Positions 18,650-29,151 of a stretch of 64,000 nt of DNA are shown in pieces. The number at the start of each line of letters is the position of its first letter. The first letter of the stretch is position 1. A program made the position numbers and the translations under genes. The notes under the pieces are model-generated. The model was not told where the DNA came from, searched no databases, and saw only the letters and a list, made by a program, of their open reading frames with translations. The stretch comes from a virus: IMG/VR virus record IMGVR_UViG_3300017605_000140, positions 46,390 to 110,389 of that record; one strand, written 5' to 3'.

Positions 18650-21508
18650 TTAAGGTTCAATTAACATCCACGCAACACTACTAGTGTCAGTCGCAGAAGA
18701 GCTAGTAATAGTAAAGCTCGTACCATTAACTCTAGAACTTACGCGAAGGAATCCGACAGTGCCTCCACCATCAAGTTGAGAGGTTAAAAAGATTCTACTG
18801 TTTGATGTAACTGCTGCGACTGACACAGTAGCGGTTCCCGCTACCAGCGCAACCGATCCTGATAGACGTGTAGCTCTCCATGTTCCTCCGTGTCGTACAT
18901 AGAGATTGTTGCTAGTAGTATCTACGGCTAAAGTTCCGTTTAATTGTCCGTGAGAGAACGAAGCATCAGATGGTACGCCAGCTACAGAGGCTGTTACAGG
19001 ATTACCGGCGAATCTGGTAGGAAGAGTTCCACCAAACTGTGAACCATTTCCAGAAGTACAATTTCGGATATTAAAATCTGCGGTACTGGAAGAAGAAAAG
19101 AAGATATGGCTTCCAGTTGGGGCTGTAACATAATTACCTGTTACGCCGCTAAGATCTGCTGTACTTCCCGCACCACTGAATAGTAGAACACCAGAGTTAA
19201 TAGTGGCTACACTTCCGTTGGATATTAGTACATCATGTAAACCAGACATCTGAGCAGACCACGTTATTATTGTCTGTGGTGTAGAGTATCCAGAAAAGAA
19301 GTTTCCTGCATAGCAATATAGATTATTTACCCAAATAGCTTTTGCAGAGTCATGAACAAATAGGTGAGAACCACCACGGAGAAGAGAAGATTCCATCTTA
19401 CAGTTTGTTATATAAATACCATTAGGATTATTAGTGTTTCCGGTACCCTGCTCTATTCTTAAGGCACCGTTACTGAAGTTTTCCCAACGACAAGAATCAA
19501 ATACAATTTGATTAGTAGTATCAGCACTGAAACCGAAACCTGAAGCGGCAGCCGAGTTTCTTAGCCAAACTGCTGGAGTCACAGAATCTGCGGCACCGAA
19601 AGAAGATTCAAACTGGCAGTTGTAAAATCTTGAATCCCAGAACTCTACAGCATCAATCAATACATCATTATTAGAAGTAAAGAAAACTTCTCGGAACATA
19701 TTATTGTCCGAGTAGTATGTTCTCAGTACAGCGCCAGTTTGGTTATTACCATTAAGAGTAATTGCTTGAATACCAGCGTATCTATTGTGTGTAGCACCAC
19801 TAGGATCAGTAGAAGGACCTGACATATCAATTAAGATACCGTTACCATTCTTTCTGATCTGACTTACTCTTCTACCATCTCCAGTAAGACGTACATTACT
19901 AGGAAGTGTTAGACATACACCAGATACAGGTGTCACTGCGTATGTGCCGGGTGGTAAGTAAACCTCTCCACCACCAGCAGCACTGGCCGCATTAATGGCA
20001 GCCTGTATGGCAGCTTGGTCATTCGTGCTGTTGTTACCTACAGCCCCATATACCGGGTCCTTAACATTGTATACTCCCAGAGATTTTATAACATCTCCAG
20101 AAGCTACTGTGCCAGAAATTGTTCCTACGTTGAGTACTGCGGCTCCGCCTAGACCTAGGTTAGTTCTGGCAGTAGTTGAAGAAGCCAAATCAGAAAGGTT
20201 AGAAGCCTTTTGTGCAGCCCCAGTAATTCTGCTGTCATCTCCTGCGGCTACTGTACCAGAAGTAGTTCCTATATTAGCGGTGGCTGCCGTTCCTAATGCT
20301 CCACCCGGGATTACCGGAGTAGCGGAGAAAGTCTTCACACCCGCGATAGTCTGTGCTGTAGTAAGATCAACAAAATTCTGTGTAGTTGACCCTGTTCCAC
20401 CTTGGTTTACTGGTAAAGCGGATGCTAGGTGTGTAGATACAACAGTCGGACTTGTGGCTGTTCCTGCTAGATCCCCGGCTAGTTGTACAATTCCTGTACT
20501 AGAACTTGTGGCTGCTACAGGAATTTGTCCGAATGCAGCAGCGTCTGTTGAAGCTGTACCGTTTGCTACATTGATAAGTTTTTGAGTATTCATATCTACT
20601 GAAGCTGTTGGAGCACTCATCTGATCTAAACGATTTGCACGAATAACAGAGTTTACGTTAGAAGTACTAGCGAGAGTAGGAGAAGGGTATGAGCCTGTTA
20701 GATCACCTGAGGCTGAACCACTGGGCGGCAGAGTGGCAGGAATCTGCCCGAAAGCTGCTGCATCTGTTGCTACAGTTCCATCAGCCAGTGAAGTTAATTT
20801 TTGACTGTTCATGCTAACTGAAGCTGTAGGCACAGCCATCTGGTCTAGTCTATTAGCGCGAATAATTGAATTTACGTTAGCTGTAGCAGATAAAGTAGGT
20901 CCGGGATATGTTCCTGTTAAATCTCCAGACGCAGAACCAGTAGGGGGAAGTGTAGTAGGAATCTGCCCAAATGCCGCCACATCGTTAGAAGCACTGCCAT
21001 TAGCCACTGCTAGAATCTTGTGGTTATTCATATTAATATCAGTAGTAGGAATATTAATCTGATTCAAAGAAGGCATAGCATGTACGTGACCAGCATCTGT
21101 AGCTAGTCCTGTAGTACCAGCCGCTCTAACACCTAAAGGCTGTATATCAGTAGCAGTACCGTCAAGTTGCACTATTCCCGGAATACTAGTAGAAGCTACT
21201 GGCAAAGTTGGTGTACCGTGAGTGTGATCTGCTCTGGCGTAGCTATTACTAGTTCCTACTGTTGGTGTTTCATCAAATAAAGTTTCTGGAACTACAGAAG
21301 AAGCTGGAGGTATAACTACAGGAGTTTGCCATGTAGCAGTGGCAGGACTAGTAGCTGTAAGGGCATCACCAGAAACAGGAGTACCAGAGACTGTAACCCC
21401 GTTTATCTGCACAGATGCCGCAGTTATAGCGCTTTGTAAATAAAGTAGCGCATCGTTATTTGTTATATCCCAATTCGCTTGTCCGCGTATAGGTAATACT
21501 AGTGCCAT
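18650..21508 (-). CDS. Fibre/tailspike with pectin-lyase-like beta-helix
   Basis: 'YNVKD..YGAVGN...ND.AAIQAAINAA....GG.VYLP.GTY' beta-helix start; repeated stalk motifs N-terminal to it. Confidence 0.8.
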   Translation of the reverse strand: MALVLPIRGQANWDITNNDALLYLQSAITAASVQINGVTVSGTPVSGDALTATSPATATWQTPVVIPPASSVVPETLFDETPTVGTSNSYARADHTHGTPTLPVASTSIPGIVQLDGTATDIQPLGVRAAGTTGLATDAGHVHAMPSLNQINIPTTDINMNNHKILAVANGSASNDVAAFGQIPTTLPPTGSASGDLTGTYPGPTLSATANVNSIIRANRLDQMAVPTASVSMNSQKLTSLADGTVATDAAAFGQIPATLPPSGSASGDLTGSYPSPTLASTSNVNSVIRANRLDQMSAPTASVDMNTQKLINVANGTASTDAAAFGQIPVAATSSSTGIVQLAGDLAGTATSPTVVSTHLASALPVNQGGTGSTTQNFVDLTTAQTIAGVKTFSATPVIPGGALGTAATANIGTTSGTVAAGDDSRITGAAQKASNLSDLASSTTARTNLGLGGAAVLNVGTISGTVASGDVIKSLGVYNVKDPVYGAVGNNSTNDQAAIQAAINAASAAGGGEVYLPPGTYAVTPVSGVCLTLPSNVRLTGDGRRVSQIRKNGNGILIDMSGPSTDPSGATHNRYAGIQAITLNGNNQTGAVLRTYYSDNNMFREVFFTSNNDVLIDAVEFWDSRFYNCQFESSFGAADSVTPAVWLRNSAAASGFGFSADTTNQIVFDSCRWENFSNGALRIEQGTGNTNNPNGIYITNCKMESSLLRGGSHLFVHDSAKAIWVNNLYCYAGNFFSGYSTPQTIITWSAQMSGLHDVLISNGSVATINSGVLLFSGAGSTADLSGVTGNYVTAPTGSHIFFSSSSTADFNIRNCTSGNGSQFGGTLPTRFAGNPVTASVAGVPSDASFSHGQLNGTLAVDTTSNNLYVRHGGTWRATRLSGSVALVAGTATVSVAAVTSNSRIFLTSQLDGGGTVGFLRVSSRVNGTSFTITSSSATDTSSVAWMLIEP

Positions 21509-21520
21509 GAGGTACCTTTT

Positions 21521-22342
21521 CTAAGATGTAATAATTCCGCCGCCATAACCGTCTTCTCCATAAAATCCTTCTCCATAACCAGTAACGCTAGGTCTTCCAC
21601 CATATTCACCTTCTCCATAACCGCCTTCACCATAGCCTGATCCTGTTGGTGGGGCATACACTGTACTACGTAAAGTAGGAGATATTTGTTGAAGCTCTTT
21701 GCTCATCGCACTAGCAGGTGATGACTGAGTGTAGGTAAGAGGATAAACTCCTCTACCACTATTATACGGATCATACGTTGCATCATTAAGACTAAGTCTT
21801 TGAGAGAATCGTTTATCATTTGGTATCGCGTATTGTGCAAACTGAACGTCATTTACCATTTCATCTGGTTTTACCTGTGTAGCATCTACCGCCACAATTA
21901 TATCCTTCTGCTGAATTTGTCCTAAAATTTGAACGCTGGTTACTCTGAATACCTTAGTGTCATACACAAATCTGTCTTTAAGGTAATTCTGAGTATTTAA
22001 GTCCATACGGTCTAAACCAGCACGTTTTAACTGATCAAAGGATAATGTAATATGTGCGCGGTCATTATAGTAAAAACCGTTCTCGGTATTATCATTATCT
22101 CCTTCTATATGAATAACATGAAGAGCGGGCAGAATATTGGGACCGAAATATACTCTGCCTAATGGTGAGTCTGCCTCACCGTACGTAGGATCAACGCTAG
22201 ATTGATCATAAGCAAATCGAAAATAGTAAACACTGTCGCCAGTCCATCTCTGCCAATCACGAAGACCCTTATAGATTTCGGCTGTTTCAAAATCGACGGA
22301 GAAGCGTCCACCCTTCCACCCTATACGTCCGATTTGAACCAC
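21521..22342 (-). CDS. Putative head completion/neck protein
   Basis: Position between head and tail genes; 'DPTYGE' motif; Gly/Tyr-rich C-terminus. Confidence 0.5.
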   Translation of the reverse strand: MVQIGRIGWKGGRFSVDFETAEIYKGLRDWQRWTGDSVYYFRFAYDQSSVDPTYGEADSPLGRVYFGPNILPALHVIHIEGDNDNTENGFYYNDRAHITLSFDQLKRAGLDRMDLNTQNYLKDRFVYDTKVFRVTSVQILGQIQQKDIIVAVDATQVKPDEMVNDVQFAQYAIPNDKRFSQRLSLNDATYDPYNSGRGVYPLTYTQSSPASAMSKELQQISPTLRSTVYAPPTGSGYGEGGYGEGEYGGRPSVTGYGEGFYGEDGYGGGIITS

Positions 22343-22378
22343 ATCCTTTTTCTATAAGGGTCTTCATTAATGATAAGA

Positions 22379-23203
22379 CTATAAGCCCCATTGGCCCCCG
22401 AAAATCTGACTTTGAAGATTACTTTCATCCTCATCACGACTATTGATGGGAGGCAATTGACGACGAGGAAAGTCATAGTCATCATATTCTCTGTCTTCAA
22501 AGATAGGAACAAGACGATTAGTTGTCTTGGATACTCTTCTGATCTTAGACATTTCAATACTGTTAAGTCCGATATTAAGCATGGCGCAAAGTTGATTATA
22601 TCTTTCCGTCATAGCGTCTATTTGCGAACGTAATTGTTGGTAACGCTGACTACGAGGCACTGTAGTCCCGTCTGCGCTCGAAATATCAATGTCGGTACTT
22701 GCATCCGTAGCTAGTGCCCAAAGGGCGTCTACAGTGGCTCTGAGGGCCACCAAGGTACCTTCTATATCTGGCAGGTTAGATAGATCTATAGGTACCGTTA
22801 CATACTTGACAAAACCGTTGGAATCCTTGAATCTAGTTTTTAGTGTTCTACCATTAGTGTGCTGAAGAACTGCGTCACTGATAAAAGCACTTAATTCTTC
22901 ATCAGAGAACATTCCACTAGCTTGACCGGATATTACTAAAGTATCTCCTTGAGGAAGAGGAGAAGGAGCACCAGTAAGAAATATACGGCCTTCCTGGTAA
23001 TTCATAGCATAGTCAGTTCCTTTAACCAAAAGTACCGGAACTTGATTTTTGATCCATGTTACTGTTTCATTCCAGATATTAAAATCTGTAAGGTCATAAG
23101 TGGATACCATACCTGTACCTAGAAATGTATCGGAAAACGGCGCACCAGTATCTCCCAGCTCTACCCGGACTCTGCTAATAATATCTTGCATAGTAAATGC
23201 CAT
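22379..23203 (-). CDS. Putative head-tail adaptor
   Basis: 'I.RVR.ELGD', 'FSDEEL..F'. Confidence 0.55.
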   Translation of the reverse strand: MAFTMQDIISRVRVELGDTGAPFSDTFLGTGMVSTYDLTDFNIWNETVTWIKNQVPVLLVKGTDYAMNYQEGRIFLTGAPSPLPQGDTLVISGQASGMFSDEELSAFISDAVLQHTNGRTLKTRFKDSNGFVKYVTVPIDLSNLPDIEGTLVALRATVDALWALATDASTDIDISSADGTTVPRSQRYQQLRSQIDAMTERYNQLCAMLNIGLNSIEMSKIRRVSKTTNRLVPIFEDREYDDYDFPRRQLPPINSRDEDESNLQSQIFGGQWGL

Positions 23204-23209
23204 AAGAGC

Positions 23210-23662
23210 CTACTGTTGAGTAAAGGTGATATTAGCAACTGGTACAGTAATAGCCTGATTCTGAGCAGCTAGCACCGGGACATCCCATTGCCATACTGAA
23301 ATTACTTCTCCAGTTGTCCCTGTAGCTGTTGTTACTAGCGCACCAAAGGTTGTGGGAGTTCCCGAACCATTAGTTGCAGTAAACGGACCAAAAGTTACTA
23401 AATTATTATTCTGGATCTGGCTTACACCATTTGAAGGTGAAGAAGCCGCAGTAAACGTTACTACTTGACGAGAATAGCCGGTAGCAGCTAATTCAGTTAA
23501 TTCCGACATCTGAGGATCGGTGGGAATTGCTGCCGTAGTGCTTGGATCTACAGTAAGAAGAGCTACATAACTAGTTGTGGGAGGAGTCCAACCACCAAGA
23601 GCTGTTCCAGTAATCCAGTTTAAAATAGCACGGTCAGTAGTATCTGTTAGGTTACCTGACAT
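23210..23662 (-). CDS. Conserved phage structural protein
   Basis: 'YVAL.T.DP...E....Y.RQ.VTF...N...VTF' pattern. Confidence 0.55.
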   Translation of the reverse strand: MSGNLTDTTDRAILNWITGTALGGWTPPTTSYVALLTVDPSTTAAIPTDPQMSELTELAATGYSRQVVTFTAASSPSNGVSQIQNNNLVTFGPFTATNGSGTPTTFGALVTTATGTTGEVISVWQWDVPVLAAQNQAITVPVANITFTQQ

Positions 23663-23677
23663 ATATTATTCCTTTTC

Positions 23678-24055
23678 TTAACGGTAACTGCCTTCCCATA
23701 GAAGGCCCTTACTTGCTAGGTGACGTGCTAGATCTAATGGAACTGAATACTTACGACCCTCTTCAAACGTATAATGTTGCCCGGCACCAAAAGTCATCTG
23801 CTCTAAGGTGGTATTAGGAATAATAGTCTTATTAGAAGCCTCTAATTCAATTTCTTCCTCAACGTCTAGATCGTTATTCTGAACAGAAGTTATGGGTCCC
23901 TTAGTGTAATCTACTGGAATATCATTTATTTCTGTTTCAATTTCAGCCATTAAAGAAATTTCTTGGGCACGCTTCTTAAGTTCGGCAGCATTTTCTTTCT
24001 GAAGACGCTCAGTCTCAATACCTGTAAGGTCTCCGACACGCTTGCGAGGGGGCAT
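23678..24055 (-). CDS. Hypothetical protein (head region)
   Basis: 125 aa ORF with TAGGAG RBS. Confidence 0.6.
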   Translation of the reverse strand: MPPRKRVGDLTGIETERLQKENAAELKKRAQEISLMAEIETEINDIPVDYTKGPITSVQNNDLDVEEEIELEASNKTIIPNTTLEQMTFGAGQHYTFEEGRKYSVPLDLARHLASKGLLWEGSYR

Positions 24056-24147
24056 TGTATTCTCCTAGTTATTATCTCAATTATTACTTAAATTATATCT
24101 TAATAGATTTGGGGTTTGGGATTGGTAGTTGTTATGAGGGCTAGGAC

Positions 24148-24177
24148 TTGACAACCCCTATCAGTCTTTGCTACTAT
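24148..24177 (+). promoter_or_regulatory. Promoter for the endonuclease gene
   Basis: TTGACA-18 bp-TACTAT upstream of GGAAGG RBS and ATG 24205. Confidence 0.6.
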
Positions 24178-24204
24178 GTACCTAACAACAACGGAAGGTA
24201 CAAC

Positions 24205-24972
24205 ATGTTTGAGTGTGGAAATGAATCCTGTAAGAAAGAAGTAAAACAACTACGTAAGGGTCTCTGCCAAGCTTGTTATCGTAGACATATGCGTAATGGG
24301 ACCACTGATTACCAGACTGTTCCTCCTCTAAGTCCTGATCTCATCATTGAAAAAACTATACCTGAAAACGGCTGTCTTATTTGGCAAGGATCTGTGGATA
24401 AGGATGGATACCCCAGGTATTATGATCCTACTGTGCGAGAAGCTACAGGAGATGGAATTGTAAATGTCCGCCGATGGGTAGCGCAAGCAGAGAAAGGAAA
24501 GATTGTAGAAGATAGTTGTGATAATCGTCTATGCGTAAATGTTCATCATTTACGCATTGCTACTGTTGCCACCGGAAGGAAAACAATGGCAGGAGTAAAT
24601 TCAGTTAAGACACACTGCGATAGTATGCACGAACTTACTGATGACAACGTATACCTACGAAAGAACGGGGCACGATCTTGTCGTAAATGCGCATCCATAG
24701 CCTCCCGACGAAATTTCTTTAAGAGTACATATGGCATTACCGTGGAAGCATTTGAACAGAAAATTATCGATCAAAATTATCTTTGCCCTATTTGCTCAAG
24801 GGAACTTGAGTACGGGCGCCAATCCATGGGAGCAGTTATGGACCATGATCATCTTACACTGAAAAACCGCGATGTTCTGCATTCAAAGTGTAATATTGGC
24901 CTTGGCCATTTCGAAGAAAATATTGAGTTTCTTCTCGGAGCTATCGAATACCTAAAGAAGCATAGTAGCTAG
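24205..24972 (+). CDS. Free-standing HNH/endonuclease VII-type homing endonuclease
   Basis: 'CLIWQG..DKDGY', 'C.NRLCVN..HL', 'KTHC...H', 'YGIT...Q...C.IC...DHDH.....R..L...CN..LG'; antisense to the structural operon. Confidence 0.85.
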   Translation: MFECGNESCKKEVKQLRKGLCQACYRRHMRNGTTDYQTVPPLSPDLIIEKTIPENGCLIWQGSVDKDGYPRYYDPTVREATGDGIVNVRRWVAQAEKGKIVEDSCDNRLCVNVHHLRIATVATGRKTMAGVNSVKTHCDSMHELTDDNVYLRKNGARSCRKCASIASRRNFFKSTYGITVEAFEQKIIDQNYLCPICSRELEYGRQSMGAVMDHDHLTLKNRDVLHSKCNIGLGHFEENIEFLLGAIEYLKKHSS

Positions 24973-24974
24973 TT

Positions 24975-25020
24975 TAGAAAATCCCCTAGGGTCTAGTAAT
25001 AGATTCTAGGGGATTTTCTA
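24975..25020. terminator. Hairpin between the convergent capsid and endonuclease genes
   Basis: TAGAAAATCCCCTAG...CTAGGGGATTTTCTA inverted repeat. Confidence 0.75.
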
Positions 25021-25049
25021 TTCCTAAACTACGGTATACTTTATTAGGA

Positions 25050-26087
25050 TTAGTTCGTAGAAGCGATAACCACACTTATGTCCGTTATAAGCCCTAAGCC
25101 CCATATAGCGTACCACGCTAATGCATGCTCTCTTCCAAAGTCGAGAATACCGCCGTCACGTAATTCAACAGGAAGAGAAATAGCGTGACCGAATGCATTG
25201 TCTCCAATAAAGATAGAGTCATAACGGTTAGCATTTCCATTACCAGTAGTAACACCACCAGTTGTAGTATCGGTTGTCCAACCAGTTCCCGCGCCACCTA
25301 CAACATTACGAACCTGAGTAGTTTCGATGAATACTACGTCGTTTAGGCGTCCGATTTCGCCCAAAAGGAAGTTACCTGGACTGGCATACTTAGTCATTTC
25401 GATAAACTGAGGATCGTTACGTAGCCAACGGCTTTGATGAGGATGGACAAAACAGACATAAGTCTCTCCTAATCTGGGGACGTTTTTTGTCGCAAGTGTT
25501 TCGACTGCGTCGTATACAGTCTGAGAAGTCAAATTGAAATCTCCAGTCATAGAAGCATTAGAGCTTCCTACTGTACCTACGTTGTAGTAGACCTGGTTGT
25601 TAAGTGGCCCAGCATCCTTCTGGTAACCAAATAGCTGAGAAGAAGCTTGTAGCAAGGTGTTTCTTGCACTAATGTCAAGGTATGTTGCCATGTTACGGCC
25701 TAGAAGACGTGAGGCAGATGCCATTACGTCATCAAAGGAAGCATTCAGAAGAAGCTCAGAAACAGCTACAGCGAAACCTTGTTCAGCTACAGTGATACTG
25801 AACTGAGAAGCTGTAAGAGGAGCTGTCTGCATACGGATACCTTCAACAAGCTGACTAGCCTGTCCTAGGTTGTTATAACGCATAAAGTTAATAGTAAGAC
25901 CAGGAGTAACGCCTAGCTCTGTCTTCTTTACAGCAAATTGCTCAAAACGTAAAATAGGCATTGCTTGGAACAAAATTTCTTTTGACCAGATTGTTTGGAT
26001 AGCTGGAGAAAGAGCCGAACTACCTCCAGGATACGATGTTGGAGCACCTGAGATATTCGGTGTGCCCGTAATTGCTGAACCAGCCAT
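25050..26087 (-). CDS. Major capsid protein (N4-gp56-like family)
   Basis: 'LRFEQFA', 'G.TINF.RY..L', 'Y..FVHP.Q...LR.DP', 'GEIG...V.FIET'; order portal-scaffold-capsid. Confidence 0.9.
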   Translation of the reverse strand: MAGSAITGTPNISGAPTSYPGGSSALSPAIQTIWSKEILFQAMPILRFEQFAVKKTELGVTPGLTINFMRYNNLGQASQLVEGIRMQTAPLTASQFSITVAEQGFAVAVSELLLNASFDDVMASASRLLGRNMATYLDISARNTLLQASSQLFGYQKDAGPLNNQVYYNVGTVGSSNASMTGDFNLTSQTVYDAVETLATKNVPRLGETYVCFVHPHQSRWLRNDPQFIEMTKYASPGNFLLGEIGRLNDVVFIETTQVRNVVGGAGTGWTTDTTTGGVTTGNGNANRYDSIFIGDNAFGHAISLPVELRDGGILDFGREHALAWYAIWGLGLITDISVVIASTN

Positions 26088-26147
26088 ATTTATTCCTTAA
26101 GTATTGTATGGGTTCGGGCACTAGCCGTACCCAGTGTGTTATTAAAC

Positions 26148-26966
26148 TTAACCGAGGATTCCTCGGCTTCTTTGTGCTTCACCTGACGCTATACCATATT
26201 CCTGACGAAACTTCATATACTCTGGCATAGACATATTGTCTATGTCTTCTTTAGTATATTGCTTCTGACCCATGGCACCATCAAGAGGACCTAGAGCTGT
26301 ATAACCAGTAGGTGAAACTCCTGGTGTTCTCAATGTCTGCTGCTGTCTTGCTTGCGCTACTTCTTCTGCAATAGACTGAGTAGCAATTTTTGCTTGTGCT
26401 ATAGCATTATCGATTTGTTCTTTAGTTTCCCCAGAAATAAAGTTGTGAAACTGGGGAGCAATATCAGCAGCATTACTCTGTAATTGGACACTTCTATATT
26501 CCAGAAGCTCATTGTATGCTCGCTCTTTATCAGCTATAGCACGCTCGGCTTCTCTTTCAGACTGTAGCTGTGCGAAACGGGATTCCCAAGTATCATTGGT
26601 TTCCTTTAGCTTACTCTCCAGAAGAGCCTTAGCAGACATCTCTTCTTCGCGCTTCGCTTGTATTGCAGCGTCCTTTTCAGCTTGCTTACGTTCGACTTCA
26701 GCAAGTTCCTGTGCCTTTTGATCCTGAATTTCTTGAAGAGTCTTCTGCGCAGAAGACCACTGAGTCTTTAATGACTGAATTTCAGTATAAAGCTTGTCCT
26801 TTTCTTCCTTACGTGCTCTAGCAATATCTTCCGCAGAAAATATTTGTTCTCCAGTAGCACCATGCTGAAAAGCTGCTGGGGAAGGAATAGGACTTTGAGC
26901 ACCATTACCTTCAGGATTTGGGGACTCAATTGATGTCACCAAACCAGGTTGTGTCGGAGTTGCCAT
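26148..26966 (-). CDS. Capsid scaffolding protein
   Basis: Coiled-coil, E/K/A-rich; C-terminal 'I..MSM.EY.K.R'; lies between portal and capsid. Confidence 0.75.
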   Translation of the reverse strand: MATPTQPGLVTSIESPNPEGNGAQSPIPSPAAFQHGATGEQIFSAEDIARARKEEKDKLYTEIQSLKTQWSSAQKTLQEIQDQKAQELAEVERKQAEKDAAIQAKREEEMSAKALLESKLKETNDTWESRFAQLQSEREAERAIADKERAYNELLEYRSVQLQSNAADIAPQFHNFISGETKEQIDNAIAQAKIATQSIAEEVAQARQQQTLRTPGVSPTGYTALGPLDGAMGQKQYTKEDIDNMSMPEYMKFRQEYGIASGEAQRSRGILG

Positions 26967-27037
26967 TTTTATATCTCCTAAAATTTAACTTGATGTTTTC
27001 CGAATATGTCCCGAATAAATTAACTTGAATATTTACA

Positions 27038-28747
27038 TTAATTGTCGTCTGTAGGAAGCTGTCTTGTACCTAACTTTGTACCGTACGCATTTACTACTGC
27101 CTCGCGTAACGCATCCATAGAACCAGCACCATCAAGACTTTGTAGATCTATTTTATTGATAGTACCTGGTCCACCTGAAGGTGCCTTAGTATTTCCTTCA
27201 GCATCTTGTTCAGGTTCTACTGGAACTGAAGTGCCATCAGGTTGTGGAACCATTCCAGTAAGTTCAGCGGTCACAGAATCAATCTGTGTTCGCAGCATTC
27301 GAAGAGCCCCATCACGAATAGCATCTTCGTGTAGCTCATCATAGATTTCTTGCAACTTATCGTCTGGGAACTGTTCTCCCATTTCTTTCAAAGCACCTCT
27401 GCGGCTTTCTAGATCCATGTTCATCATTGCAGCAATCTCATTCAGCTTTACTAGCTTATCTACTGGCAGAGGTGACGGCCAATCAATATCACTGAAATAA
27501 ACTAACGGATCTGCTGGATCAACCACTAAGGGCTGTCCTTCTTTAAAAACACCCTCAGTAGAAGGATCGTATAAAGTGGCTTCTGGTTCAAAAATAAATA
27601 AAGTACGTAAAGCTAGTTCATTTATTTTTTGTAATCCCTTACCATATTGTATCTTCTTTAGCTCAAACTTTTGCATAAGGGGGTAAAACTGAATAGCAAG
27701 AGCCACACCAGATGTATTAGAAATAGGTTGTGATTGTCCTAAAGCTGATTCCGGAACTCCTGTCATTTCATGCATGGCTACCTTAAGAGTATTAAGAACT
27801 TCAAGGGGACCCTCTAGCTCTACACCATTCTCAAGGTTATGAATGTCTACATCTTTATTGCCTATACTCCATACGCGGTTGGTTCCTTTCTCAAGCTGAG
27901 AAGGCTTCGCACCAATAACTACTGTAATGGGAGCTGCGTGATAATTAACAATATCAGCAATATCAGTAGCAGTTTCATTATACTGACGATTAAGAGTAAT
28001 TAAGTCCTGTACATCCGACATTCCCCAAGGAGAACCAGAAGCGGGATGATTAGCGATATGCACAATAGGTATAACACCTAAAGCATTGGGTCGCTCATCT
28101 ATTAGCTCATCATTAACAAATTCTCTAATAGTATCAGAACGAATTAACTCGGTGTAAGTATACACACTTCGAGTACCTTCAGTATTAGTTCCCCAAAAGC
28201 GATATTTAAGTTTGAATTCTAGCAACCTATCCCTATCATGTGGATGCCAGGTTGGAAAACAATATGCTGAATTAAGGGGAATAATACGTACACGTCCAGG
28301 ATGATTATTACCGGCCGAATCTACCCATGCTGGTTCATAAGCCACTTTAACAAAAGAATCTCCAGAGACGCCCCCTTGTTGACCCATTTCCCAAGTTACG
28401 GCTTTCATATTATTATCCTGTTGCCATATTCTTTTCAATAAGGCAGGAATAATATGATCGTACTCTTTTATGGTGTCAAAGGAGATACCTCTGGAGAAAC
28501 AAAAGTTATTAATATAATCAGCAAAAGCTTTAACGTAATTAAAGGTTAATTGAGGATCGCCAAATTCACGACGAGTTCCCCAATGATGCCCTAGGTACCA
28601 TGCCCAGTACTCTGCGTATCTGTTAAGGCGGGGACCATGCATCTCAAACTCTTCATCGGAAAGCTCTACTAAACCTAGCGGCGAAATCGCAATAGCTAAG
28701 TCTGAGGCAGCAGCTCTCATTGAAGGGTTGTAGAACGTCATTGACAT
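27038..28747 (-). CDS. Portal protein (SPP1 gp6-like)
   Basis: 'FNYVKAF', 'N.LG.IPIVH..N', 'G.SD..D.I.LN', 'SGVAL'. Confidence 0.9.
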   Translation of the reverse strand: MSMTFYNPSMRAAASDLAIAISPLGLVELSDEEFEMHGPRLNRYAEYWAWYLGHHWGTRREFGDPQLTFNYVKAFADYINNFCFSRGISFDTIKEYDHIIPALLKRIWQQDNNMKAVTWEMGQQGGVSGDSFVKVAYEPAWVDSAGNNHPGRVRIIPLNSAYCFPTWHPHDRDRLLEFKLKYRFWGTNTEGTRSVYTYTELIRSDTIREFVNDELIDERPNALGVIPIVHIANHPASGSPWGMSDVQDLITLNRQYNETATDIADIVNYHAAPITVVIGAKPSQLEKGTNRVWSIGNKDVDIHNLENGVELEGPLEVLNTLKVAMHEMTGVPESALGQSQPISNTSGVALAIQFYPLMQKFELKKIQYGKGLQKINELALRTLFIFEPEATLYDPSTEGVFKEGQPLVVDPADPLVYFSDIDWPSPLPVDKLVKLNEIAAMMNMDLESRRGALKEMGEQFPDDKLQEIYDELHEDAIRDGALRMLRTQIDSVTAELTGMVPQPDGTSVPVEPEQDAEGNTKAPSGGPGTINKIDLQSLDGAGSMDALREAVVNAYGTKLGTRQLPTDDN

Positions 28748-28809
28748 TTAGTTACATCCTATAAATTCACCGAATTAATATCTTTGTATATAGACTACCA
28801 TAATTTATA

Positions 28810-29142
28810 CTATATTACGTCACCTACCACAGTGATATAAACTGTACGGCCTGCTCCTACCGCAGCAATACCCAGTACTCCCAATACAGCCAGGGTATTG
28901 GAATATGCTATACCCGCTACGGTAGAGGTAGTAAATGTAGATATAGAAGTACTTGCAGCATTTGACAAAGTGTTATTTGGTGCTATTACTGTTGCATGTA
29001 CGGTATGTACATGGGTTAATCCTGCATCGCTTATATCAACACTAAAAGTTCCGTCAGATGCAGTAGTAGCCGTAGTATGAAGTAAAATAGGTTCCATTGT
29101 AAGATTTCCAGACTGGTCACTTACATAGAAATTAAAAGCCAT
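28810..29142 (-). CDS. Small beta-rich hypothetical/virion protein
   Basis: 110 aa ORF with RBS. Confidence 0.55.
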   Translation of the reverse strand: MAFNFYVSDQSGNLTMEPILLHTTATTASDGTFSVDISDAGLTHVHTVHATVIAPNNTLSNAASTSISTFTTSTVAGIAYSNTLAVLGVLGIAAVGAGRTVYITVVGDVI

Positions 29143-29151
29143 CTTGTATCC

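Noticed and set aside
19995-20585. 196-aa plus-strand ORF inside the tailspike gene
   Set aside because: Antisense shadow of an Ala/Thr/Gly-rich coding sequence.
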